From Candidatus Eiseniibacteriota bacterium (GTDB taxonomy: Bacteria > Eisenbacteria > RBG-16-71-46): a stretch of DNA of 64,000 nucleotides. Under the pieces are notes generated by a model. That model did not search any database and was not told the DNA's origin. It saw only the letters and a list, made by a program, of their open reading frames with translations. Shown piece after piece: positions 51,744 through 62,117 of this stretch. The stretch is taken from the NCBI GenBank assembly GCA_038231135.1, contig JBBRLX010000011.1:32001-96000 (forward strand), read 5' to 3'. The position numbers were made by a program, and so were the translations under genes. Within the stretch, counting starts at the first letter, position 1; each line of letters starts with the position of its first letter.

Positions 51744-52112
51744 TCACACCGGTGTATCGCCCCCCGCCAGCAGCGCCGCGAGCTTTACGGTGAACGCGGA
51801 GCGTGGCAGCACGAACGTGACGCCGGCGTCGATCGCGGCGGTGCGCAGCGCGGTATCCACGTGCGAATAGAATCCCACCACCGGGAGGTCGCGGGTCGCG
51901 GGGCGCGCGCGCAGTGCGTGGACGGCGGCGATCGATCCGGGCGCGTGGAGGTCGACGATTATCAGGCCGGGTGCCACCGCGGCGGCGCGGCTCGCGAGCT
52001 GGGCGGGCGCACACGCCTCGACTGCGACGCCGAGCTGGTCGGCCGTCGAGGTGATGCGTGTCGAGAAGAACAGGTCCGGGACCGACATCAGGACCGTGCG
52101 GGCCGTCACCAT
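51744..52112 (-). CDS. Atypical single-domain response-regulator receiver-like protein
   Basis: PGLIIVDL, PVVGFYSHVD, AIDAG..VLPRS pattern of the CheY fold; overlaps the permease stop. Confidence 0.65.
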   Translation of the reverse strand: MVTARTVLMSVPDLFFSTRITSTADQLGVAVEACAPAQLASRAAAVAPGLIIVDLHAPGSIAAVHALRARPATRDLPVVGFYSHVDTALRTAAIDAGVTFVLPRSAFTVKLAALLAGGDTPV

Positions 52113-53731
52113 TGCCTCCGTCGCAGGTGCTGCGCCGTGGCGGCCAGCAGCCCCGCCGCCGCAAGGATCGAAAACGCGAACGGCACAGCGTAGGCCCACG
52201 GCGGCAACTGGTCGATGAGGATCGCCGTCACCAGCCAGCCGGCCGCCTGCACCAGCAGCAGCAGGGTGGCGATCGCGCGGCCGGTCAAGGTCAGCATCGC
52301 GCGCGGGTGGGTCCATGCGAAATTGCCGTGCACGGCGCCGGTCCACATGCCGGTCGCGAGCGCGGTGACGAGCGCCGGCATCACCAGCGCCAGCGTGCCG
52401 CCGATCGCGTGCAGCGGCAGGGCGAACGCGGCGGTCACGGCGACCGTGGCGACCGCGACGATCGGGAGCGCCAGCGTGAGCGTCGACACCCCCCGGCCCG
52501 CGACCCAGGCCTGCTCGCGCACCGGCGCGAGCCGCATCCACGCCATGCCGCCGCGTTCGAACGGAATCGCGCGGGTGGCGATCTCATAGCCGAGCGCCAC
52601 CGTGAGCGCCAGCAGCATGGCGCGTGCGAGCAGCGTGCGGTCGATCCCGGGCGCGGCGCCGGCGTCCGTGCTCAGGATCGGCAGCCCGACCAGCGGCAGC
52701 AGCGTCCACAGCACGCTCGCGACCAGGATGTCGCCCAGTACCGTCCAGTCGCGCAGGTACAACCGCAGGTCGCGCCTCAGCAGCGCGTCGAGGATGTCGG
52801 GGCGGGCGGCGAACCGGGTGGCGCGGTCCGCGCGTCCGGCGCTCCGCGCGGGTGCGCCCGAAATGCGCGACTGCACCCGATCGAGGTTGCGGCTCGCCAC
52901 CGCGCCCGCCGCCACCAGCACCGCCGCCGCGGTCGCCGCGAGCAATGCCAGCCCCCGCAGCGCCGCAACCGGCGCGTCCGCGCTCCCGGCCGCCATGATG
53001 CCGGCGGCCCACGCGCCGGGCGACCACGCCATGGCGAGCGTGCTCGAGCCCAGCGCCTCGACCAGCGCCCGCGGGCTCCCGCTCTCGAGCGCCAGTCGCG
53101 GCAGCAGGAACGAATTGCCGAGCCACAACGCGAACAGCGTGAACGTCGACAGCAGTCCCAGCACCTCGCGCGCGGTGCGCGCCGGCACCACGCGCAGCAG
53201 CGCCACCGACACCGCGACGCCGAGGCCGAGCGCGATCGCCCACAGCATCCCGAGCGCCGGGATCGCGAGCAGCCAGCACCACCACGCGACCGGGAAGATC
53301 GCGGCGTACGCGATCAGCGCCGGCACGCCGAGGATCACGAGCAGCACCGACGTGCGGGGCAGCGCATCGAGCAGCTTGATGAGGAACAGCGCCCAGCCGG
53401 GGATCGGGGCGCGCCTCAGGAACTCGAGATCGGAGTCGAGCAGCATCGCCGACACCACCTCGTGCAGGTCGAACGCCAGCAGTCCCACCAGCGTGGCCGT
53501 GAGCAGCAGCGCGAGCACGGCGCTCGCCTCGCGGGCTCCCACGCCGTCCTGCTCGAGCTGGAGGAACAGCACCATCAGCCCCAGCATGACGATGGTGCCG
53601 AGTACCAGCCCGAGCGTCGCGGCGAGCAGCGGCCGTGCGCGCGTCCCGCGCCGGCGCTCGCCGTGGCCGCCGCCCAGCAGCTCGTGACGCGCGAGCCGGA
53701 TCCGGCTGAGCGCCACGCCCCGCCAGTTCAT
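52106..53731 (-). CDS. Putative ABC transporter permease
   Basis: Many TM segments; DLEFLRRAPI; ATGA overlap with the ABC ATPase. Confidence 0.75.
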   Translation of the reverse strand: MNWRGVALSRIRLARHELLGGGHGERRRGTRARPLLAATLGLVLGTIVMLGLMVLFLQLEQDGVGAREASAVLALLLTATLVGLLAFDLHEVVSAMLLDSDLEFLRRAPIPGWALFLIKLLDALPRTSVLLVILGVPALIAYAAIFPVAWWCWLLAIPALGMLWAIALGLGVAVSVALLRVVPARTAREVLGLLSTFTLFALWLGNSFLLPRLALESGSPRALVEALGSSTLAMAWSPGAWAAGIMAAGSADAPVAALRGLALLAATAAAVLVAAGAVASRNLDRVQSRISGAPARSAGRADRATRFAARPDILDALLRRDLRLYLRDWTVLGDILVASVLWTLLPLVGLPILSTDAGAAPGIDRTLLARAMLLALTVALGYEIATRAIPFERGGMAWMRLAPVREQAWVAGRGVSTLTLALPIVAVATVAVTAAFALPLHAIGGTLALVMPALVTALATGMWTGAVHGNFAWTHPRAMLTLTGRAIATLLLLVQAAGWLVTAILIDQLPPWAYAVPFAFSILAAAGLLAATAQHLRRRQW

Positions 53732-54504
53732 GCCGGACCCGTTTCGCGCGTGAGCGCCAGGAACACGTCCTCGAGCGTGGCCGCGGCCTTGGAACCGCGC
53801 AGCTCGTCGAGCGTGCCCTCGGCGAGTTTGCGGCCATGGTCGAGGATCACGACCCGGTCGCACAGCCGTTCCGCGACGTCGAGCAGGTGGGTCGACACCA
53901 GCACGCCGAGTCCGCGGGCGGCGCGCTCGCGCAGCAGATCCTTGAGCACGCGCGCCCCCGCCGGATCGAGTCCGAGGATCGGCTCGTCGAGCATCAGCAA
54001 CGCCGGGTCGTGCAGCATTGCGGCCGCCACCGACACCTTCTGCCGCATGCCGTGGGAATACGTCTCGATCAGATCGTCGGCGACCGAGTCCAGTTCGAGG
54101 CGCAGGAACAGCTCGCGCGCACGCGGCTCGGCGATCGCGCCCGGCACGTCGTAGATCGCCGCAACGAACTGGAGGAACTCGCGGCCGGTGAGCCGCTCGT
54201 AGAAGATCGGCTGGTCGGGAACGAACCCGAACGCCGCGCGCGCCACCAGCGGGCGGCGGTCGAGCGGCGCGCCGAGGATCTCGATGCTCCCCTGGTCCGC
54301 GCGCAGCAGCCCCGCGCAGCAGCGCAGCGTCGTGGTCTTGCCGGCGCCATTGGGGCCCAGGAAGCCCAGGATCTCGCCGGACCGCACCTCGAAGTCGAGC
54401 CCGTCGACCGCCGTGAACTTGCCGTAGCGGCGGACGAGCCCGAGCACGCGTAGCGGCGGCGCCGCATCGACGGCGGCGCCGGGGGCCGGCCGGGCGGGCG
54501 TCAT
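53728..54504 (-). CDS. ABC transporter ATP-binding protein
   Basis: GPNGAGKTT, YSHGMRQK, LDEP, STH. Confidence 0.93.
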   Translation of the reverse strand: MTPARPAPGAAVDAAPPLRVLGLVRRYGKFTAVDGLDFEVRSGEILGFLGPNGAGKTTTLRCCAGLLRADQGSIEILGAPLDRRPLVARAAFGFVPDQPIFYERLTGREFLQFVAAIYDVPGAIAEPRARELFLRLELDSVADDLIETYSHGMRQKVSVAAAMLHDPALLMLDEPILGLDPAGARVLKDLLRERAARGLGVLVSTHLLDVAERLCDRVVILDHGRKLAEGTLDELRGSKAAATLEDVFLALTRETGPA

Positions 54505-54532
54505 GCCGCGGCACTCGCGCTGGCGGTGCGCA

Positions 54533-55588
54533 TCATGCCGGCCCCGCGAGCGCCGTGGCGAGCCGCGGCAGGCTCACGTCGTAGCGGTAGGTCACGCCCA
54601 TGTGGCCGTCGTCGAATTCCTCGTGAACGTGCGCGATGCCGAGCTCCTTCAAGCGCCGCGTCAGCATGCGGGCGCCCAGGTGCAGATGCCATTCGTCGCG
54701 GACGCCGCAGTCCACGTGCAGCAGCTTGAGCGAGCGCAGCGCCGCGGCGTGCGATTCGAGCAACGTGAGCGGATCGCGTTCGAGCCAGCGCCGCCACACG
54801 TCGTCGCGGAACTCGAAGGTGGCAAGGTCGCACGGCAGGTCGATGCCGTAGGGCGGCACGTCGGGATTCGGCGAATACGCCGCGGCCATGGCGAGGATGT
54901 TGAGCACGGTGAAGTCCTCGTGCCGCTTCTGGACCCGCGCCTCGAACGCCTCGAGCCACGCGCGCACGCCGCCCGCCCGCTCGACCGCGGCGCAGAACTT
55001 CGGCACGTCGCCGCGGTAGGCGTAGTCGAAGTACAGGTCGCCGCTATGGCAGGCGACCGCGCCGAACACGTCGGCGTGCCGCATGCCGAGCACCAGTGCC
55101 CCGTAGCCGCCGGACGACTTGCCGGCCACGCCGCGGTGATCGCGGCCGGCGAGCGTGCGGTAGCGCCGGTCGACGAACGGCACCAGTTCCTGGATCAGGT
55201 GATCCTCGTAGCGGCCGGTGGCGGACGAGTTGAGGTACTGGGAGCCGCCGTAGCGCGTGAAGCAGTCAGGCATCACGAGGATCATCTCGCCGCACGCGCC
55301 GTTGGCGATCAGCCCGTCCATGCGGTCGTCGATCGACGGCGACCACGCGCCGTCGTTGAGCAGCGTGCGGCCGCGCCCCATGAACCCCGTCAGCATCAGC
55401 ACGACGGGATAGCGCCGCTCGGGCGCGGCATCATAGGACGGGGGCAGGTACACCGGCACGCGCCGCACGTGCGGATCCCCGGCACGGTTGCCGCGCAGCA
55501 CTTCGCTGTCGATCGTTTCGATCACCACGCGCCCACGTCGCGCCGGCCCGGCGCCTCGCGCCGCACCGCCCGCTCCCATCGTCGTCAT
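54533..55588 (-). CDS. Alpha/beta-hydrolase esterase (Fes/enterochelin esterase-like)
   Basis: VYLPPSY, RYPVV, GKSSGGYGA nucleophile elbow, DCG..DE, FDDGH. Confidence 0.85.
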   Translation of the reverse strand: MTTMGAGGAARGAGPARRGRVVIETIDSEVLRGNRAGDPHVRRVPVYLPPSYDAAPERRYPVVLMLTGFMGRGRTLLNDGAWSPSIDDRMDGLIANGACGEMILVMPDCFTRYGGSQYLNSSATGRYEDHLIQELVPFVDRRYRTLAGRDHRGVAGKSSGGYGALVLGMRHADVFGAVACHSGDLYFDYAYRGDVPKFCAAVERAGGVRAWLEAFEARVQKRHEDFTVLNILAMAAAYSPNPDVPPYGIDLPCDLATFEFRDDVWRRWLERDPLTLLESHAAALRSLKLLHVDCGVRDEWHLHLGARMLTRRLKELGIAHVHEEFDDGHMGVTYRYDVSLPRLATALAGPA

Positions 55589-57741
55589 CGCCGCCCTCCC
55601 GTCGATTCGACCACCGGTCCCGCCGGTCGCAGCAGCCGGGCCGACGCCCGCGCCAGCTCGGGATCGCGTGCCATCGCGGGTACCTCCCGCACCAGCGACT
55701 CCAGTTCCTGGCGCGCCCGTTCCTCGAGCCGTACGGTGGCGAGCCCGAGCACCAGGTTCTTCCGCGCTTCCCAGTCGTGCGGATCGAGCCACGCCGCGAC
55801 CTCCAGTTCCATCAGCGCATACTTGTACGCGAACGGCCGCGGGTCGTGCTGCATCAGCTCGCCCAGCACGGCGTGGGCCGCCGGCCGCCCGATACCGTAT
55901 TCGATCGCGGTGATGAGATGCCGGCGGGCGTTCAGCGTGTCGCCGTCCACGACGGCGTTATGGGCCGCCCGCAAATGGGCGCTCCAGATCAACGAATCGT
56001 CGTGGGCGCCGAACGCCGTCCACGTGTTCTCGGCGAGGCCACGGTCGCCGCTCATCAGCTCGGACCAGCCGAGCCAGTACATGAGATCCATGCGATCGCC
56101 GCCGGTATCGAGGCCGCGCCGGAACGCATGGCTCGCGCCCGCGAATCTGCCGAGCAGCACGAGATCGCTGCCGACCTGGAACCACGGATTGGACATCGAC
56201 GCATACAGCGGCACCAACTCGCGGCCGTCCCAGAACAGGAACCGGCACGGCGCCGCGTCCGCGGTGGAATCGGAGAACCGGGAATAGAAGTACGACTCGA
56301 GCGTCGAGTCGCGATAGATCGCCCGCACCTGGGCACCATTGCCCATCTGGAAGCCCGCCCACGACGGCAGCGTGGCGAAGAACATCCGGGTGTGTGGAGC
56401 CGGGTGCGGCACCACCCGCCGCAATTGCCGCGACAGCGAGTCCGTCAGCGCGGCGGCGCGCTGGAAGTAGAACGGCGTCAGGTGCGACGTCCACACCCAC
56501 GGCCGCTCGACCGTCGCGAACGCGGGCGAAGCGGTGCTGCCCGCGTGCCACCACCCGAGCCCTGCGGCCAGCATCAGCCACGCCCAGCGGTCGGCGCGCG
56601 CGAGCATCACACCGAACGCCAGGGCGCCCCCGACCGCGGCCAGCGTGTAGTAGTAGGAGCTCCAGCCATAGGACACGGGCCCCGCGGGCAGCGCGAACGC
56701 GACCGCCCAGCACGCCGCGAACGCCAGCAGCGCGGTGCGCGGCGGCGCCACGAGGCGCGTCGCGACTGCCGTGACGGGAGCCGCGGGGACGCTGCCCCCC
56801 GCGGACCGTGCCGCGACGGCGGTCCCAGGCGCCCCGGCCGCATCCGTGCAGAGCCCGGAGCCGCGCGCCGGCGGCACCCGCGCCGGCAGCCACCACGCCA
56901 CGCCGGCGAGAATCACGAGCGGCAGCACGGCGGGTGCATGGGTCGCGAGCGAGGCTGCGATGCCCTGCGGGTGTTCGAGCCCGAGCAGGCTCTGGAACAT
57001 GTGCACGATGCCGGCGGCGAATGCGGTGAGTGACAGATCGAGCGGCGCCGGGGCCGCGCTGCGCGCCCGCATCGCGATCGCCACGCCGGCCCAGGCGCAC
57101 GCGAGCACGGCGTACGGCGCCACGCCCCGTGCGATCGACCGGGCATCGCGCGGCGCGCCTGGCTGTGGAACGAACCTTTGCCACGCCGCGAGGCCGAGCG
57201 GCAGCGCGAGCGCCGTCTCCTTGCTCGCGCACGCCGCGGCGAAGCACAGCAGCGCGGGCAGCGTGCGGCCGCGCCGGTGGAACGCGAACGCGCCGAGCAC
57301 GCCGGCGAGCGCCATCAGATCCTGGCTGCACGACACCCACATGAGATTGACGTGCTGCAGCGGCAGCCACGCGAAGTACGCGGTGCCCGCGAGCACGCCC
57401 GCCACGGGAAGCAGCGCGCCCAGCAGGTCGGCGACCAGCATCACCGCGACCAGGAACAGCAGCGCGTTCACGACATGGAAGCCCAGCGGGTGCCCGTGCG
57501 CCAGCGGGCCCACGACCGCGAAGTACACCTGCCGCGACAACGGCCGGTAGTAGTTGCCCAGTGCGCCGGGGGCGGCGAGCGAGGCCAGGAATGGCGTGCG
57601 CTGCGCCTGCTCGAGGAACATGAAGTCGTCGTTCAGGAACGGCGAACGGATGGCATCCCAGTAGAGCGCGACCGCCGCGGCGATGAGGACGAGGAGTCCG
57701 GGCAAAGGGACACGGGACGATGCAGGGCGAGGATCCATCAC
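55585..57741 (-). CDS. Polytopic membrane protein, GT-C/TMTC-like glycosyltransferase candidate with C-terminal TPR-like helices
   Basis: First-loop NDDF and YYRPL, FHVVN, SKE motifs; about 10 TMs; helical C-terminus. Confidence 0.6.
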   Translation of the reverse strand: MMDPRPASSRVPLPGLLVLIAAAVALYWDAIRSPFLNDDFMFLEQAQRTPFLASLAAPGALGNYYRPLSRQVYFAVVGPLAHGHPLGFHVVNALLFLVAVMLVADLLGALLPVAGVLAGTAYFAWLPLQHVNLMWVSCSQDLMALAGVLGAFAFHRRGRTLPALLCFAAACASKETALALPLGLAAWQRFVPQPGAPRDARSIARGVAPYAVLACAWAGVAIAMRARSAAPAPLDLSLTAFAAGIVHMFQSLLGLEHPQGIAASLATHAPAVLPLVILAGVAWWLPARVPPARGSGLCTDAAGAPGTAVAARSAGGSVPAAPVTAVATRLVAPPRTALLAFAACWAVAFALPAGPVSYGWSSYYYTLAAVGGALAFGVMLARADRWAWLMLAAGLGWWHAGSTASPAFATVERPWVWTSHLTPFYFQRAAALTDSLSRQLRRVVPHPAPHTRMFFATLPSWAGFQMGNGAQVRAIYRDSTLESYFYSRFSDSTADAAPCRFLFWDGRELVPLYASMSNPWFQVGSDLVLLGRFAGASHAFRRGLDTGGDRMDLMYWLGWSELMSGDRGLAENTWTAFGAHDDSLIWSAHLRAAHNAVVDGDTLNARRHLITAIEYGIGRPAAHAVLGELMQHDPRPFAYKYALMELEVAAWLDPHDWEARKNLVLGLATVRLEERARQELESLVREVPAMARDPELARASARLLRPAGPVVESTGGRR

Positions 57742-57822
57742 GGCCGAAATCTAACAGGCAGCCCCGGCAAGCCCCTAGCGGAGCCGTGCGCGCGCGAATG
57801 TGTGGAGCGCACGGTCTCGAAA

Positions 57823-58317
57823 TCACACGTCCCGAGGGTAGACGACGATCTGCGCGGTCGCGCTGAAGTCCTCGAGCAACGCCGGGAGCAGCGAACCGTA
57901 GACCTCCGCGCGTCCGTATCCACACCGGCTCGAGTTCCGGGGCACGAACTCCACTTGCCGCAACTCGATCGCGGGATACCCGCCCGCCGCACGAATGACG
58001 ATCGGATGTGCGAGTTCGAGCCCGAGTACACCGGTCTCCGGATCCACGCCCGTCACCCGCGCAAGGGTCTCGCCGCCCGTAAGCCACCGCAGATCCCACG
58101 TAACCCATGCCTGCCTGTGGTCGAAATCGTGCGTGGCCCTGGCAGACATTGGCGGGATGATCCCCAAGAAGCGGCGCCAAAGAACGAGGCCCGGCCGGGG
58201 CGCGCCGAGGCCGCGAAGTTTCTGGTAGCTCGTTACGGCATTGACCACCGCGATGAGGCCAGCGAGCAGCGTCGTGACCATGAGGGTGGCGCCAAGGATC
58301 TGAATCAGGACAGTCAT
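57823..58317 (-). CDS. Hypothetical protein with N-terminal TM
   Basis: ORF fills the gap; hydrophobic N-terminus; atypical codon usage. Confidence 0.4.
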   Translation of the reverse strand: MTVLIQILGATLMVTTLLAGLIAVVNAVTSYQKLRGLGAPRPGLVLWRRFLGIIPPMSARATHDFDHRQAWVTWDLRWLTGGETLARVTGVDPETGVLGLELAHPIVIRAAGGYPAIELRQVEFVPRNSSRCGYGRAEVYGSLLPALLEDFSATAQIVVYPRDV

Positions 58318-58424
58318 GAATCCGGCAGGATACCTGAACCGCGAGGGATGAAACTCGGGACTCAGCTTGGACCGGCCACGTTCCGATAACCCCGGGGTCC
58401 GATACCCACCCCCGGAGGCACGGA

Positions 58425-60161
58425 ATGCCGACGTCGTCCATTCAACCGGAGTCGAGCCACGCGGCACCCGAAGCCCGCAGGGCCGCCGGGCGCCGCTCCG
58501 AGGCTCCCAGGGAACCTGCCAGCGGCGGCGATGGCATCCGGCGCAAGAGCTGGCTCCTGTGGGGCAGCATGGCCGCCGCGCTCATCGGTCTCACCGCCGG
58601 GATCGTGGTGTTGTACGTCCCGCTGATCCACGCCGCCGCGACCGACGGGTTCTCGCCGGACATGTTCCTCCAGGCCTACTACTCGCTCGTCGGACTCGGC
58701 GGCCTCGTGCTGCTGTTCTGCCTGTTCACGGCACTGCGCCATCAGGAACTCGACCGCATGCGGCGGTTGATCGAGCACGAGGGACGCGAAACCGACGACG
58801 CCCGCACCCGGTTGTCCGAGCTGTCGGCGATGTTCCAGCTCTCGACCACGCTCAATCTGAATCTCGGCCTCGACGTGATCCTCGAGATCATCGTGCGGCG
58901 CGTGGTGTCGACGCTCAAGGCGCAGCAGGCGTCGATCATGATCTACAACTCGGAGTCGGGGCTGCTCGAGACCCGCGCCTCGTACGGTCTCGAGAGCGAA
59001 TTCGCGCGTCATGCCACGCAGAAGCTCGGCGAAGGCATCGCGGGCTGGGTGGCCCAGCAGCACGAGGCGGTGCTGATCGACCATCGCAGCGCCGCGGCCA
59101 TCGGCCGCCACTTCAAGAACGACCGCAACATCACGTCCGCGTTGTCGCTGCCGCTGCGCGTCGGCGAGCGCTGCGTCGGCGTGCTCAACGTGAACCGCAT
59201 CAATCATCCCGAGCCGTTCCAGGAACGCCATCGGGAGATGCTCGACCTGTTCGCCGAGCACGTGGGCGCGGTGATCGAACGCGCGGAGACCATGGAGCGG
59301 CTGGGGACGCGGTCGCGCGAGCTCGAGCAGGTCAACCAGGAGCTGTCCGACATGAACCGCATGAAGGACCTGTTCCTGTCGACGGCGAGCCACGAGCTCA
59401 AGACGCCGCTGACGTCCATCATCGCCTATGCGGAGCTGCTCGACGAGAACCAGGCCGCACTGAGCCGCCCGCAGCGCGGCGAGTTCCTGCGGCGGATGCG
59501 CAACGAAGCCGATCGCCTGATGGGACTGATCGAGGACATCCTCGATCTGTCGCGCATCGAGAGCGGCAAGCTCACGCTCAAGCGCGGCATGCTGGCGGTC
59601 AACGAGGTGGTGACCGGCGCCGTCGAAACGTCCCGCAACCTCGCGGCCAAGCACGGCGTTACGCTCGCGGCGACACTGCACCCGACGCTGCCGACGCTGT
59701 TCGTGGACGAGGTGAAACTGCGCCAGGCGGTAGTGAACCTGATCGTCAACGCGATCAAGTTCAGCCCCGAGCGCGGCCGGGTCGAGGTGCTCACCGACCG
59801 CGAGCCGAAGTATCTGAAGATCGAAGTGGTCGATCGTGGGCCCGGCATCCGGCCCGACGAGGCCACCCACATCTTCGAACTGTTCGGACAGGGAGTGTCG
59901 GCCGAGGCCGCGCCCGATTCGGGAATCGGCATCGGACTCCACCTCGTGAAGCGGATCATCGAGCTGCATGGCGGCCACGTGGGCGTGAACAGCGTGCCCG
60001 GCGAGGGCAGCCGGTTCTGGATCCGGCTGCCGCTGACGCTCGCACAGCCGGAGGAGCTGCCGGCGGACGCCGTGTCGGGAGCTGCCGGCCGCGCCATCGC
60101 TGCGGCCGCGCCTGCCCCGGGCGCAGCAACCGAACCGGTGGAGCCGGCCCGAGCGGCCTGA
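58425..60161 (+). CDS. Membrane sensor histidine kinase (2 TM, GAF, HisKA, HATPase)
   Basis: GEGIAGWVA, LSLPL, ASHELKTPL, NLIVNAIKF, DRGPGI, GIGIGL. Confidence 0.93.
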   Translation: MPTSSIQPESSHAAPEARRAAGRRSEAPREPASGGDGIRRKSWLLWGSMAAALIGLTAGIVVLYVPLIHAAATDGFSPDMFLQAYYSLVGLGGLVLLFCLFTALRHQELDRMRRLIEHEGRETDDARTRLSELSAMFQLSTTLNLNLGLDVILEIIVRRVVSTLKAQQASIMIYNSESGLLETRASYGLESEFARHATQKLGEGIAGWVAQQHEAVLIDHRSAAAIGRHFKNDRNITSALSLPLRVGERCVGVLNVNRINHPEPFQERHREMLDLFAEHVGAVIERAETMERLGTRSRELEQVNQELSDMNRMKDLFLSTASHELKTPLTSIIAYAELLDENQAALSRPQRGEFLRRMRNEADRLMGLIEDILDLSRIESGKLTLKRGMLAVNEVVTGAVETSRNLAAKHGVTLAATLHPTLPTLFVDEVKLRQAVVNLIVNAIKFSPERGRVEVLTDREPKYLKIEVVDRGPGIRPDEATHIFELFGQGVSAEAAPDSGIGIGLHLVKRIIELHGGHVGVNSVPGEGSRFWIRLPLTLAQPEELPADAVSGAAGRAIAAAAPAPGAATEPVEPARAA

Positions 60162-60344
60162 CACGACGCCACCTGAACCGGGATCCGCTCGCCTCGAGCG
60201 CACCGGCCCGCCGCCGGCCCCATGGCCGGACCTCGTGTCGCCTCATACTGTTGCGCCGGCTGTGCCATACTCCCGCACGGCTGCCGGCCTCCTGGCGGAC
60301 GCCTCAGATCACCGGCACATCCGCCCTCCCACGTTCGAGGGGCC

Positions 60345-61046
60345 GTGGCACCGAACGATCCTCCGGCACACTCGCCGGCACCTTCCGTAATAGTCAGTGG
60401 GGAGCCCGTTCATTCGGGCCCGGCGGATGGTGTCCCGGCGCAGGACCTGGGAGCCGCCCCGCGGTCCCGGCACGTTCCGCCGCCGGCACTCGCCGTGCTC
60501 GAGGGCGTGCGGGCCCGCGAGCCGGCAGCCATGGGTACCTTCTTCGAGCACTATTTCGATCTGGTATTCGGACTGGTCATGCGGATGCTCGGCAACCGGA
60601 CCGCGGCGGAGGATGTGACGCAGGACGTGTTCTACAAGGTGCAGCGCGCCGCGCATCAACTCGACATCCACCGCGATCCCGCGCCATGGCTGGCGACGAT
60701 CGCCACGAACGCGTGCCGGGATCTATGGCGCTCGGGCGCCGACCGCATGGGACGCCGGAGCGCTTCGATCGATGTCGATCCCGCGCTCGGGGAGCGCCTC
60801 ACGCGCGGCACCAACGATCCCGAACTCGACGCCCTCGCCGGTGAGCGCGAACGCCGGGTGCAGCAGGCGATCGAAGGCCTGCCGGAACCGCTGCGCGTGC
60901 CGATCGTGCTCCACGACTATCAGGGGCTGAGCCATCAGGAGATCGCCGCCGTGGTCGGCATCGGCCATGCCGCGGCGCGCAAACGCTACTCGCGCGCCCT
61001 CACGGCGCTCGCCGAGCGGTTGCGCGATCTGGGACCGGAATCATGA
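60345..61046 (+). CDS. ECF RNA polymerase sigma factor
   Basis: AEDVTQDVF, WLATIATNACRD, LP...R...VL...QGLSHQEIA; GTG start approximate. Confidence 0.9.
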   Translation: MAPNDPPAHSPAPSVIVSGEPVHSGPADGVPAQDLGAAPRSRHVPPPALAVLEGVRAREPAAMGTFFEHYFDLVFGLVMRMLGNRTAAEDVTQDVFYKVQRAAHQLDIHRDPAPWLATIATNACRDLWRSGADRMGRRSASIDVDPALGERLTRGTNDPELDALAGERERRVQQAIEGLPEPLRVPIVLHDYQGLSHQEIAAVVGIGHAAARKRYSRALTALAERLRDLGPES

Positions 61047-61891
61047 GCGCCCCGGGACCGGCGCCGCTCGACGTGGCTGAGCGGAGCGCCCAGGACGCGG
61101 TGCGGGCGCTGCCCGTGCCCGCGGCCACGGCCGCATTCCGCGCGCGGCTCAAGCACGAGTTCGCGACCGGCGCCATCGAGCGGCCGCGCTCGCTCGCCAC
61201 GGCGCCCGCGCGGGTGCTGGTGGGCCCGTGGGCCGCGCGGCCGCGCGCGTTCGCGATGGCCGCGGCCGCGGCGGCCATGATCGCCGCTCTGGTGTTCGTC
61301 GCGAATCGCGGGCCGGCCTGGCAGGTCGCCGCCGTCACGGGCGATGGCATCGCCGTGATCGACCAGCGCGGGATTCCGCTCGGGCACGCCGACGATCTCG
61401 CGGCGGCGCTCCACCCGGGGGCCCGGATCGAGCTGCCGGCGGATGCGTCGCTCGAGCTGATGGCGCCCGGTGATCTTGCGATCGAGATCACGCCCGGCAC
61501 CCGCATGATCCTGCCGCCCACCCCCGGCCGGTGGTTCCGCCGCGCGATCCGCACCGAACTCGGCACGGGCGAGCTGCGGATCACGACCGGCCCGCGGTTC
61601 CACGGCGCACGGCTCGCCATCGCCACGCCCGAGGTGCACGTCGAGGTGGTGGGCACCACGCTGGCCGTGATCCGGGAGCCGCAGGGCACCTGCGTGTGCG
61701 TGCTCGAGGGCCGGGTGCGGGTCGGGGCGATGACCGGACCCCGGCCGGGGCCGATGGTCCCGGTCGACGGCGGGCGGCGCCGGTACGTGTTCAACGATGG
61801 CCGGCCGCCGGAGATGGCGACGATGCGCGATACCGAGCACCTGCCGCTGGGCGCGCTCCGCCGCCAGTTCCGGGCCCACGTCGGCCCCTAG
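61043..61891 (+). CDS. Anti-sigma factor candidate with a FecR-like domain
   Basis: Short N-terminus, TM, then LAIATPEVHVEVVGT...VCVLEGRV; ATGA overlap with the sigma gene. Confidence 0.75.
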   Translation: MSAPGPAPLDVAERSAQDAVRALPVPAATAAFRARLKHEFATGAIERPRSLATAPARVLVGPWAARPRAFAMAAAAAAMIAALVFVANRGPAWQVAAVTGDGIAVIDQRGIPLGHADDLAAALHPGARIELPADASLELMAPGDLAIEITPGTRMILPPTPGRWFRRAIRTELGTGELRITTGPRFHGARLAIATPEVHVEVVGTTLAVIREPQGTCVCVLEGRVRVGAMTGPRPGPMVPVDGGRRRYVFNDGRPPEMATMRDTEHLPLGALRRQFRAHVGP

Positions 61892-61899
61892 TGTGCAGC

Positions 61900-61929
61900 T
61901 TGACTTGGCAGCCTGCGAGCCACTAGGCT
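61900..61929 (+). promoter_or_regulatory. Putative sigma70 promoter of the rpmH operon
   Basis: TTGACT-N18-TAGGCT. Confidence 0.55.
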
Positions 61930-61973
61930 CCACCACTCTTCGTTCCAACTTCAATCCCACGAGGTAGTTCCCA

Positions 61974-62117
61974 ATGAAGCGCACGTTCCAACCCCGTAAC
62001 CGGCATCGCAAGAAGACGCACGGCTTCCGGTCGCGGATGAAGACCAAGGGCGGCCGGAATGTCATCTCGGCACGCCGCCGGCAGGGTCGCAAGCGGCTGA
62101 CCGTTTCGTCCGCGTAG
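61974..62117 (+). CDS. rpmH: 50S ribosomal protein L34 (not in the ORF track)
   Basis: [55 protein letters not shown]. Confidence 0.97.
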   Translation: MKRTFQPRNRHRKKTHGFRSRMKTKGGRNVISARRRQGRKRLTVSSA

